IMG/VR virus record: IMGVR_UViG_3300032007_000069
Location: 1-64,000 of that record
Direction: 5' to 3' (one strand)
DNA from: a virus
Taxonomy: Duplodnaviria > Caudoviricetes
DNA: 64,000 bases
In this document: positions 57,190 to 64,000 of the stretch, piece after piece
How the letters are laid out: each line of letters begins with the position of its first letter
Position numbering within the stretch: position 1 is the first letter of the stretch
Notes under the pieces: model-generated
Seen by the model: only the letters and a program-made list of their open reading frames with translations
Databases searched by the model: none
Told to the model about the DNA's origin: nothing
Program-made: the position numbers and the translations under genes

Positions 57190-58104
57190 ATGAAAGTAAA
57201 GAAGTTAGTTTGGTCGCCTTCTAAGACATACAGAAGCGACGGTAAGAATTACAGGATTTCGGTCCATGCAAGTCTTGACGATGATTGTCATAACATGACT
57301 TGTGATTTCAGTATCACTGGTGACGTTTACGAGCAGAAACGTAATGGCAGATGGGAGCACTACACAGGTGGTTGCATCCATGAAAGGATTGTAAGGCACT
57401 TCCCAGAGCTGAAGAAGTTCATTCCTCTGCACCTGTCGAATTACCTTGGCCAGCCGATGTACCCCGAGGCTAATGGTCAGTATTTCATCAGAGAGAGAGG
57501 CAAGAAGGTTGCTATGGATGAGCTTCGTTGTACTGCAGAAGAGTTCACAGCTCTATCCTGTTATTGTGAAACAGAAGATCGTCCGTACTTCAAGTATCTG
57601 CTTTTCAAGATTGGTTTGGTTGACCGCTGGAAGAAGGAAGCTGACGAGTTCATCAAGTTCCTGGAGGAGAAGACTGGCAACGAATGGGAGAACCCATACA
57701 AGCCGGAAGAGGAAAGGTTTGTTCTCCGAATGACGGATGAAGAGAGGAGTGAGATAGAGAAGGATGAGAAAGAAGATTTCTACTCCATCGAGAATGTGAA
57801 AGCAAGAGCGGAAGAGCGTCTGCGCTTGAAGAACGAAGCAATACGGGCAAAGGTTATTGAGGACTGCGAGAAGGAGTGCAAGAAAGCTACGGAAGAGCGC
57901 GATGTCAAGCTGTACATCTTCGACTGCGGGCTACCTCTCAATAATGTGATTTTCTACAACCACACGAAGGAGGTGGTGTTCAACTGGCAGGACTATGAGT
58001 CTAAGATAACCCAAGAGCAGTTCGATGAATTTGTCAGCAAGGTTGACTATTCGAAGCTGCCGGAAGGTGTCACGTTCCACTTCGGAAAGAAAGACAAGAA
58101 GTAG
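57190..58104 (+). CDS. Hypothetical protein
   Basis: AAGAGCA-ATG start at 57190; upstream GGGAGGG-TTCG-CCCTCCC hairpin. Confidence 0.75.
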   Translation: MKVKKLVWSPSKTYRSDGKNYRISVHASLDDDCHNMTCDFSITGDVYEQKRNGRWEHYTGGCIHERIVRHFPELKKFIPLHLSNYLGQPMYPEANGQYFIRERGKKVAMDELRCTAEEFTALSCYCETEDRPYFKYLLFKIGLVDRWKKEADEFIKFLEEKTGNEWENPYKPEEERFVLRMTDEERSEIEKDEKEDFYSIENVKARAEERLRLKNEAIRAKVIEDCEKECKKATEERDVKLYIFDCGLPLNNVIFYNHTKEVVFNWQDYESKITQEQFDEFVSKVDYSKLPEGVTFHFGKKDKK

Positions 58105-58135
58105 TTTTAGTATTCACCATAAAAGTAATTAAAGT

Positions 58136-58795
58136 ATGGAATTTTTCAAGACAATCGCAGATTTCCTGCAAGACGGCCAGCAGCTACAGATGGCCATTCG
58201 TAAGAGCGGTGAAAACATCGCAGTAAGTATCTTGCCCGACAACAGAGGTGTCAAGGACAAGGCAGTAGAGAACATCACTCCGCTGGTCATGAGCGGAAGC
58301 CCAGAGGAGTTCGAGGAAGGCTTTGCCGACGCTCTCAAGCCTCTGCAGGAGGCACAGGGCTTAGTGTCTAACATCAAGGAGTTTGAGGCGAACACCGAGA
58401 AAGCCAAGCGTGAGTCCGAAATGGCAAAGAAGCTCAAGGACGAAGCCGCTAAGCAGAAGAAGGAGTTCAACGACCTCATCGCTCTTGCCCGTAAGAACAA
58501 CGAGGAGCACAAGTTCAAGGATGCTCGCACGGTACTGGCAAAGGCTACTGCACTCCCTGCAGCAGAGAAGTCAATCATTGACAAGGTGCGCAAGGAGATT
58601 GACGACAAGTCCGGTGTCGGTAATATGTTCGGAGGCGAGGAAGATCTGAGCGACGGCAAGGGTATCTCAGTATCGGCATCCAAGCCTGCACCTGCTCCAG
58701 AGAAGAAGTCAGACACGGACGCTGCCTTTGCTGAGGCAATGGAACTGTCTGACGAAGACAACGAGAATGACAACCAAGAAGAAGAGGAGGAATAG
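58136..58795 (+). CDS. PRTRC system protein E
   Basis: VSILP...PLVMSGSPEEFEEGF N-terminus with an acidic tail; directly before protein C. Confidence 0.75.
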   Translation: MEFFKTIADFLQDGQQLQMAIRKSGENIAVSILPDNRGVKDKAVENITPLVMSGSPEEFEEGFADALKPLQEAQGLVSNIKEFEANTEKAKRESEMAKKLKDEAAKQKKEFNDLIALARKNNEEHKFKDARTVLAKATALPAAEKSIIDKVRKEIDDKSGVGNMFGGEEDLSDGKGISVSASKPAPAPEKKSDTDAAFAEAMELSDEDNENDNQEEEEE

Positions 58796-58798
58796 ACT

Positions 58799-59008
58799 AT
58801 GGCACTTAACGTAACAGGTATGAAGCGTGTCTTCAAGTTCGGTAATCGTGAGCTGAAAGACCCAGACAAGAACATGTCGCCCGAAGATGTGATGCAGTTC
58901 TATTCGGGAACGTACCCGGAGTTGACCACCAGCAACGTCCACGGCCCCAAGGTCGAAGAGGATAAGGCGGTCTATGAGTTCAAGACAACGGTAGGAACAA
59001 AGGGATGA
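58799..59008 (+). CDS. PRTRC system protein C (ubiquitin-like)
   Basis: RVFKF...DPD...SPEDVMQFYSGTYPELT...FKTTVGTKG with a terminal Gly. Confidence 0.9.
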   Translation: MALNVTGMKRVFKFGNRELKDPDKNMSPEDVMQFYSGTYPELTTSNVHGPKVEEDKAVYEFKTTVGTKG

Positions 59009-59015
59009 GTAAGAA

Positions 59016-60203
59016 ATGCGAACAGCAGTCAGATTTCCACAAAGCCCTGTACGGAGTTATAGAGTCACTCCACAAGTCAGAGTATCGCGTGAGAGAGGAG
59101 CGGCACGAAAGGCTGCTTCCTCCCTCAGCGCCCCTGCTTTTCTGACACAGCGGATTGACGATATACGTCCGGCAGAGACGGATGGCATGAATGCTTACGG
59201 CATAGACCTCGTGAAGAGCTATAAGCATGTTCTGAAGTGCTGCAAGAGGTTCTGTCGGTTCGTGGGTCTGAAGTTTGACTTCACCCCACGGGCTGACCTC
59301 ACGAAGAGCCAGTTGCTCGGAGAGCTGATAGATTATTTCGACAAGCTGATACGTCCGCTCGGTCTGGATTTCTTCGTCAGCAAGAAGACATCGCAAGGCG
59401 ACGAGACAAGCGTTCTCGAATGTGCAGTCTATCGGTACGGCTCAGAGCTGGCAGAGACTATCGTGATTATGTATGTCGCTCCTGCGAGGTATCTGTCCCC
59501 TAAGAGCGCAGAGTACTTCAAGCGGTTCATGAAGTTCTTCAGTGACAGCACGAACATTCCGCTCGGCATCATAGGTCATAGCGAGAACTTCTATCTCGAC
59601 AGCATCCTCGGTATGTACGAGGAAGATCCGTTCTACGATGAGGATGATGAGGACGAAGAACGTGACAAGCGCAAGGCCATAGCTGCTGCCTACAACGAGG
59701 ACGGTGAGTTTTGGAACCTGTTTGATGAGATAGGTTCTCTCCCCAAGCAGGATGCAGAGAAGCTGGTAGACGAGATAGACAAGTACAGGTGTGAGAGTCC
59801 GGAAGAGGAGCTGGGTCTCATGGAGAGTCTGATAGAGGGCATCCCAATCGTCAAGGACATGAACTACTACTGGTTTGAGTTCAATCCAGAGGATGATGGC
59901 CTGCCCGATGCCTACGGCAATACTGATGGCGACGGATGGTCAAGCGGTGTGTTTGCCTCTGCCATCCTCTACTCAGAGCAGGATGGTATCAGCGAGCAGC
60001 TTCTTGAATCCATCAACAGCGAGGTAAATGCAGGTATCATGATGTCCGGCTGGAACATTCATCAGTACCTCTACGAAGACGTGAAGAAGGAGGTCATAGC
60101 CGACTTCATGCGTTGTAAGGATAAGGTAGGAGATTTCGACAAGTGGTTACGTTCTTATTACACGGAAATGGAAGAATTTGACAAGTATGGGAAGTCTAAG
60201 TAG
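59016..60203 (+). CDS. PRTRC-associated protein (position of protein F)
   Basis: Acidic 395-aa ORF between proteins C and B; family assignment is positional. Confidence 0.55.
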   Translation: MRTAVRFPQSPVRSYRVTPQVRVSRERGAARKAASSLSAPAFLTQRIDDIRPAETDGMNAYGIDLVKSYKHVLKCCKRFCRFVGLKFDFTPRADLTKSQLLGELIDYFDKLIRPLGLDFFVSKKTSQGDETSVLECAVYRYGSELAETIVIMYVAPARYLSPKSAEYFKRFMKFFSDSTNIPLGIIGHSENFYLDSILGMYEEDPFYDEDDEDEERDKRKAIAAAYNEDGEFWNLFDEIGSLPKQDAEKLVDEIDKYRCESPEEELGLMESLIEGIPIVKDMNYYWFEFNPEDDGLPDAYGNTDGDGWSSGVFASAILYSEQDGISEQLLESINSEVNAGIMMSGWNIHQYLYEDVKKEVIADFMRCKDKVGDFDKWLRSYYTEMEEFDKYGKSK

Positions 60204-60888
60204 TATTTTGAATAGCAAGTTGGAGCCGACTGATGCCCTGGTGTTCTATAAGAGCACGTTGAGCAACGGAGGCTCGTATGTGGAACACAGAGCCATCAAG
60301 AACGGTGTGATGGGTGCAGGTGCTCCGCTCGAAATAGATGTGCTTGCGAAGATTATGAAGACGGTGGATAAGTTCGCTCACGACACCACGTCGATGGTCT
60401 CGCTGCATGGAGTGATACCAGAGAACCTTCTGTATGCCAGTGCAAGCATTGACAGCTACAAGATGGTGTGGTATAGGAAGCCAGAGAAGCGGATGATGTA
60501 CTTCGTTGATACGCTCGGCATACCGAACGGGGAAATGGAGATACCTGGTCTTGTGTACTCGACGGACGGGCGAGGCCTCAGAGTCTTCGCCTTCAAGGGC
60601 AGCAAGCCGAAGAAGCTCCTGTTCTATGCTCCGTTCTTCAATGTTGACGACCATGTGTGCCTCGGCAGTGCTAAGATCGCCAAGCCGAAGGTGCAGACGT
60701 ACCAGAACTGGATGCAGTACTGGGAGGATATGTTTTGGAAGTCTGAGTTTGCGCACATCTTAGGCGGAAATCCGGTGAAGGGCAACCTTTCCATCATTAC
60801 CAAGGAGTGCATCAAGGAGCATAAGCCCTTCCCTATGGGGCAACTGAAGAAGTCAAAATTCACATTACAAAGGTTGTATGAAATATAG
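60187..60888 (+). CDS. PRTRC system protein B (E2-like)
   Basis: MVWY...PGLV...APFFNV...VCLG...WEDMFWKSEFAH. Confidence 0.82.
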   Translation: MGSLSSILNSKLEPTDALVFYKSTLSNGGSYVEHRAIKNGVMGAGAPLEIDVLAKIMKTVDKFAHDTTSMVSLHGVIPENLLYASASIDSYKMVWYRKPEKRMMYFVDTLGIPNGEMEIPGLVYSTDGRGLRVFAFKGSKPKKLLFYAPFFNVDDHVCLGSAKIAKPKVQTYQNWMQYWEDMFWKSEFAHILGGNPVKGNLSIITKECIKEHKPFPMGQLKKSKFTLQRLYEI

Positions 60889-61675
60889 GCATTTTGTTCA
60901 CAATTACATGCTGAACCCTCAGCATCCGTTGACGGTCTCGGTGATAGGAGCTGGAGGAACTGGCTCGCAGGTACTCACGGCACTCGGGAGAATGAACTAC
61001 GCTCTGATGGAGCTGGGGCATCCTGGTCTGCAGGTGAGAGTGTATGATGAAGACATAGTGACCCAAGCCAACTGCGGACGTCAGTTGTTCGCTCCACAGG
61101 AGATAGGTCTCAACAAGGCTGATGTGCTTGCTACGAAGCTGAATATGTTCTTCGGAACGGCATGGGAGAGTTTCCCTGTCATGTACGATGTGAACACGGA
61201 ACGCTCGAACATCACCATATCGTGCGTCGATACGGTCAAGTCACGTCTGGAGATAGCGAAGAACCTGCTTAACGGACAGAACAGCAGGTATGGCGACATG
61301 GGAAGGACGTTCTACTGGCTCGACTTTGGCAACACGCTCAACTCTGGTCAGGTGGTGTTAGGCTCGGTGTTTGACATCACACAGCCGAAGGGCAAGAGAA
61401 GCTGCATAGGCAAGCTGAGGACGGTGACTGAAATGTTCGACCTCTCGAAGGTGAATGAGAAGAAGTCCGGTCCAAGTTGCTCCCTTGCAGAAGCGTTGAG
61501 CAAGCAAGATCTGTTCATCAACTCCACGTTGGCAAACATAGGTATGGCGCTCATGTGGAAGATGTTCACGAAAGGAGTGCTTGAGACACAGGGTGCGTTC
61601 CTCAACCTCGAAACGATGAAGGTAAACCCGATAAAGATAGAGAAGGTATGGGAAGGCCGACAGGTAACGGATTGA
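60878..61675 (+). CDS. PRTRC system ThiF (E1-like) protein
   Basis: GAGGTGSQV, DEDIVTQANCGRQ, CVD, WLDFGN and SCSLAEALSKQDLFIN. Confidence 0.9.
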   Translation: MKYRHFVHNYMLNPQHPLTVSVIGAGGTGSQVLTALGRMNYALMELGHPGLQVRVYDEDIVTQANCGRQLFAPQEIGLNKADVLATKLNMFFGTAWESFPVMYDVNTERSNITISCVDTVKSRLEIAKNLLNGQNSRYGDMGRTFYWLDFGNTLNSGQVVLGSVFDITQPKGKRSCIGKLRTVTEMFDLSKVNEKKSGPSCSLAEALSKQDLFINSTLANIGMALMWKMFTKGVLETQGAFLNLETMKVNPIKIEKVWEGRQVTD

Positions 61676-61911
61676 TAGAACTGGTTGACGAGAAGTCACA
61701 GGACAGAGGCTTCTTCTGCATGAAGCTCGCTGGCTACATCATGCAGGAACGTAAGGAGCAGTTGACCCTCGACCCTGCAGATCTGTGGGAACTTCGTTTT
61801 GCCGAGGCGAAAGCAGGTGCCTGTGCCTACCGTGACATCTGCCCCATCCATGCAAGGACGATAGCAAAGAGAGGCAAGCAGGTTATCCAGCTCTCATTCG
61901 AGTTCCTGTAG
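61648..61911 (+). CDS. Small Cys-containing hypothetical protein
   Basis: CAYRDICPIH; start uncertain (61648 or 61720). Confidence 0.5.
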   Translation: MGRPTGNGLIELVDEKSQDRGFFCMKLAGYIMQERKEQLTLDPADLWELRFAEAKAGACAYRDICPIHARTIAKRGKQVIQLSFEFL

Positions 61912-61981
61912 AAGTGCTCTTTACATACCAAAGCGATTAGAGAAATGTTAAATAAATCTTAAAACAAGCGATTTTTGGGCA

Positions 61982-62018
61982 AAATGTGCGTTTATTTCAA
62001 GCATTTTTTGTACCTTTG
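61982..62018 (+). promoter_or_regulatory. Class B promoter
   Basis: AAATGTGCGTTTATTTCAAGCA...TACCTTTG; near-identical to 47657-47692. Confidence 0.65.
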
Positions 62019-62038
62019 CATAAGAAAACAAAGAAAAT

Positions 62039-62437
62039 ATGAAGATATTTACCAGCTATTTCGCAAACATGAGCAAGTTGAGCAAGGAGGGTGTCATGCC
62101 AATCTGCATCGCTCGCTACGCTCCAAGATGGTACAGCGGCCCTCAGTATTTGGACGTTGCGCCAACAGGTTATATGCTGAGTGCAGCCTGTAACCATGAG
62201 GAATATCTGAAGAAGTACGACGATATACTGAAGCGTCTCGTTCCGGCTGATGTGGTGAGGTCGATAGAACGTATCTCACAGGGCAGGGACGTGGCTCTTT
62301 GCTGCTATGAGAAGCCTGGTGACTTCTGCCACCGCCACCTTCTGGCTGACTGGCTCACAAAGAACGGCTACGAGGTTAAGGAGTGGGAGTCCAAGGAAGA
62401 GAAAGCCAAGGCACAGCAGCTATCCCTATTTGACTGA
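62039..62437 (+). CDS. DUF488-like protein with a C-terminal QLSLF motif
   Basis: IFTSYFA...LAP-like VAP...LCCYE...FCHRHLLADWL; ends in QQLSLFD. Confidence 0.7.
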   Translation: MKIFTSYFANMSKLSKEGVMPICIARYAPRWYSGPQYLDVAPTGYMLSAACNHEEYLKKYDDILKRLVPADVVRSIERISQGRDVALCCYEKPGDFCHRHLLADWLTKNGYEVKEWESKEEKAKAQQLSLFD

Positions 62438-62529
62438 TACTTTTTTGTCATACGAATAAAAGTTTAGATTGATTAAAAACTAAAGTTGATTTCTCTCAGC
62501 CTGCCGTCTGAGAAGACATGCAGGCAAAC

Positions 62530-62602
62530 GCTTCGATAGCTCAGTAGGTAGAGCAACAGCCCTTTAAGCTGTGGGTCCATGGTTCGAGTCCATGTCGTGG
62601 CA
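62530..62602 (+). tRNA. tRNA-Lys(TTT) with C33
   Basis: Full cloverleaf: ACAGC-CCTTTAA-GCTGT anticodon arm and CATGG-TTCGAGT-CCATG T arm. Confidence 0.85.
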
Positions 62603-62611
62603 CAGACTGAT

Positions 62612-62699
62612 GAGCTTGTATGGCTTACGCAAGTAAGAGGTAAAGGGAAGCCAGATGTAGATGCTGGCAACGATGCAGGTTCGAGTCCTGTCAAGTTCG
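62612..62699 (+). ncRNA. Atypical tRNA-like RNA (possibly Tyr(GTA)-derived)
   Basis: Acceptor GAGCTTG/CAAGTTC and a canonical T arm; enlarged D region; GCCAG/CTGGC stem with a 9-nt loop ATGTAGATG. Confidence 0.5.
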
Positions 62700-62705
62700 G
62701 ACGTT

Positions 62706-62779
62706 TAGCAGTTAGCTCAGTTGGTAGGAGCGCCCGATCGTTAATCGGGAGGTCATGGGTTCGAGTCCCATACTGCGTT
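62706..62779 (+). tRNA. tRNA-Asn(GTT) with C33 and a weak top of the acceptor stem
   Basis: CCCGA-TCGTTAA-TCGGG anticodon arm and ATGGG-TTCGAGT-CCCAT T arm; only 5 bp in the acceptor. Confidence 0.75.
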
Positions 62780-62865
62780 CTAATTGGTGTCCGTTACGGA
62801 GCAAGTAAGTCCAGATTCCAAATGGCATGCAGCCACTCCGGCAATTACCGAAACGGCACCAACAT

Positions 62866-62938
62866 CGCGGAATAGAGCAGATGGTAGCTCGGCTGGCTCA
62901 TAACCAGCAGGTCGCAGGTTCGAGTCCTGCTTCCGCAA
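62866..62938 (+). tRNA. tRNA-Met(CAT), initiator-like
   Basis: C1:A72 mismatch, GAGC/GCTC D stem and CT-CAT-AA loop. The anticodon stem GCTGG/CCAGC has only two of the three initiator G-C pairs. Confidence 0.88.
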
Positions 62939-62953
62939 CAAAGATTGCGAAAT

Positions 62954-63823
62954 ATGAGATATATCGTATCGAGGGAAATCCTCAACCAGAACATTGATTC
63001 TGCGCAGACCATGATAGGTTCGCGCAGACTTTCGTTGATGTTCAAGGAATACTATGAGCGCCTGTACCTCCTTGTTGACCAGCACCCTACGGGCGACATC
63101 TTCGCCATCAATCTGCAGGATAGTATCTGCTATGCCTTGGGTATGGCAAACGAGAAGAACAAGGGAGCCTTGGTGAATAACATCATGGACGCGAAAGCCC
63201 TGCATGATAAGGGCATGAGCCAGTTCTATGTACCTATCGACACCTGCGATGGACGTGAGGGCTTGCCAGTCTATGAAGCGAAGCTGCTTGCTGAGGCTAT
63301 CCATGAGTTCATCGGTAAGAAGACGCTGGTCACTGGTATGGTGACGAATGGCTGTATCAACGACCTTCATCTGAAGACGAAAGAGGAGTGGAAGGAATTG
63401 TGGTCTGCTTTCGGGAACCATCTTACAGGCCTCTCGGTAGGCGGTAGCTACTGGCTCGACAAGGCGAAGGATCTGCCGGAGTTCGTGCGAGACGTGAGGA
63501 TAGGCCGCTTCATGCTGTTCGGCTATATCCCATACAGCGACAAGAAGTATGGTAGGAACTGCATGGTGGTAGAAGGAAACGTCCTCGGTGTCAATCTCAG
63601 ACAGCAGAAGGTGATGGTTGACCTCGGTGATGCCTACTGCGACCCTGTTCAGTGTGTGCCGTACAACGAAGACCTGGTATTCACGGAGTCTTCGAGCAAC
63701 TACGCTCTGTACACTACACCTCAAGCCTCTCGGTATTACATCGGTCAGCGGCTTCTATTCACCCCCAATTACAAACATTCATCGGCCTTAGCAAGGTTGG
63801 AAGTACAATATGACTATGAATAG
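62954..63823 (+). CDS. Alanine/ornithine racemase-like (PLP TIM-barrel) protein
   Basis: PIDTCDGREG, LSVGGS, RIGRFMLFG and MVDLG resemble YhfX/ornithine racemase family motifs. Confidence 0.6.
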   Translation: MRYIVSREILNQNIDSAQTMIGSRRLSLMFKEYYERLYLLVDQHPTGDIFAINLQDSICYALGMANEKNKGALVNNIMDAKALHDKGMSQFYVPIDTCDGREGLPVYEAKLLAEAIHEFIGKKTLVTGMVTNGCINDLHLKTKEEWKELWSAFGNHLTGLSVGGSYWLDKAKDLPEFVRDVRIGRFMLFGYIPYSDKKYGRNCMVVEGNVLGVNLRQQKVMVDLGDAYCDPVQCVPYNEDLVFTESSSNYALYTTPQASRYYIGQRLLFTPNYKHSSALARLEVQYDYE

Positions 63824-64000
63824 GACAGTTGGTTTTGAACTTGAAATATCTGATGTGAAGCGGAGCGATGTATTCGTTCCGCAAGGCTATAGCTGGAGCC
63901 GTGAGGAAACACTCTACGGCACAAACGGCAAGCGTCAATCCCCCACCTCATTGCTCGGAGGCGAGTTGAACACCAGGCCACTATCTTTCACCCATGAGGA
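63816..64000 (+). CDS. Putative amidoligase (Amidoligase_2-like), 5' part, truncated by the window
   Basis: MNRTVGFELE...W...GGELNTRPL fits the R.xG.E.E and E..xP.L pattern. Confidence 0.55.
   Translation, partial: MNRTVGFELEISDVKRSDVFVPQGYSWSREETLYGTNGKRQSPTSLLGGELNTRPLSFTHE

Larger units (their letters stand above)
1..64000. mobile_element. Temperate siphovirus-like Bacteroidota phage, partial genome, non-integrated (attP) form
   Basis: Contiguous head, tail, lysis, integrase, repressor and replication modules. No sheath gene, no host housekeeping genes, internal attP, TAnnTTTG promoters. Confidence 0.95.

Noticed and set aside
58793-58801. In-frame TAG junctions (PRTRC E to C; also 35087-35095) as readthrough fusions
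   Set aside because: Each downstream gene has its own ATG and forms a complete protein; close in-frame spacing is common in operons.
62786-62861. tRNA-Trp(CCA) between the Asn and Met tRNAs
   Set aside because: It has a partial acceptor stem (GGTGTC/GGCACC) and a TTCCAAA loop-like run, but no valid anticodon stem or T loop. At most a decayed remnant.
1-64000. Genome-wide TAG-to-Gln recoding (code 15)
   Set aside because: Long ORFs are intact under code 11, TAG ends many well-formed genes (8026, 28950, 49341, 58795), no CTA-anticodon tRNA is in the window, and only one in-frame TAG was found.
1-64000. Prophage boundary or host DNA in the window
   Set aside because: Phage genes flank both sides of the att core, and acpP, rtcB and the tRNAs sit inside phage operons.

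Overview
The whole window is one temperate, long-tailed (siphovirus-like) phage of a Bacteroidota host. The TAnnTTTG promoters, a BACON domain and a Bacteroidales-type integrase support this; Prevotellaceae is likely but inferred. No host genes are present, and the attP site (the 3' ~60 nt of tRNA-Ser(GGA)) is intact and internal, so this is the excised or virion form. Gene order: head and neck (2-6.5 kb); tail, tape measure and baseplate (6.5-19.5 kb); diversity-generating retroelement (DGR, 19.5-22.8 kb); 1912-aa repeat adhesin; lysis; an extra iteron array; early accessory genes; integrase/attP; lysogeny switch; recombination and replication; MazG, DGR target 2 and RtcB; a PRTRC ubiquitin-like module; a tRNA array; and a racemase-like plus amidoligase-like pair that runs off the end. 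Terminase and portal are not in the window. The strongest result comes from direct alignment. One template repeat (TR, 21024-21137) matches two variable repeats with adenine-only mismatches: VR1 in the adjacent tail gene, and VR2 about 30 kb away in a small, apparently non-structural gene between mazG-like and rtcB.
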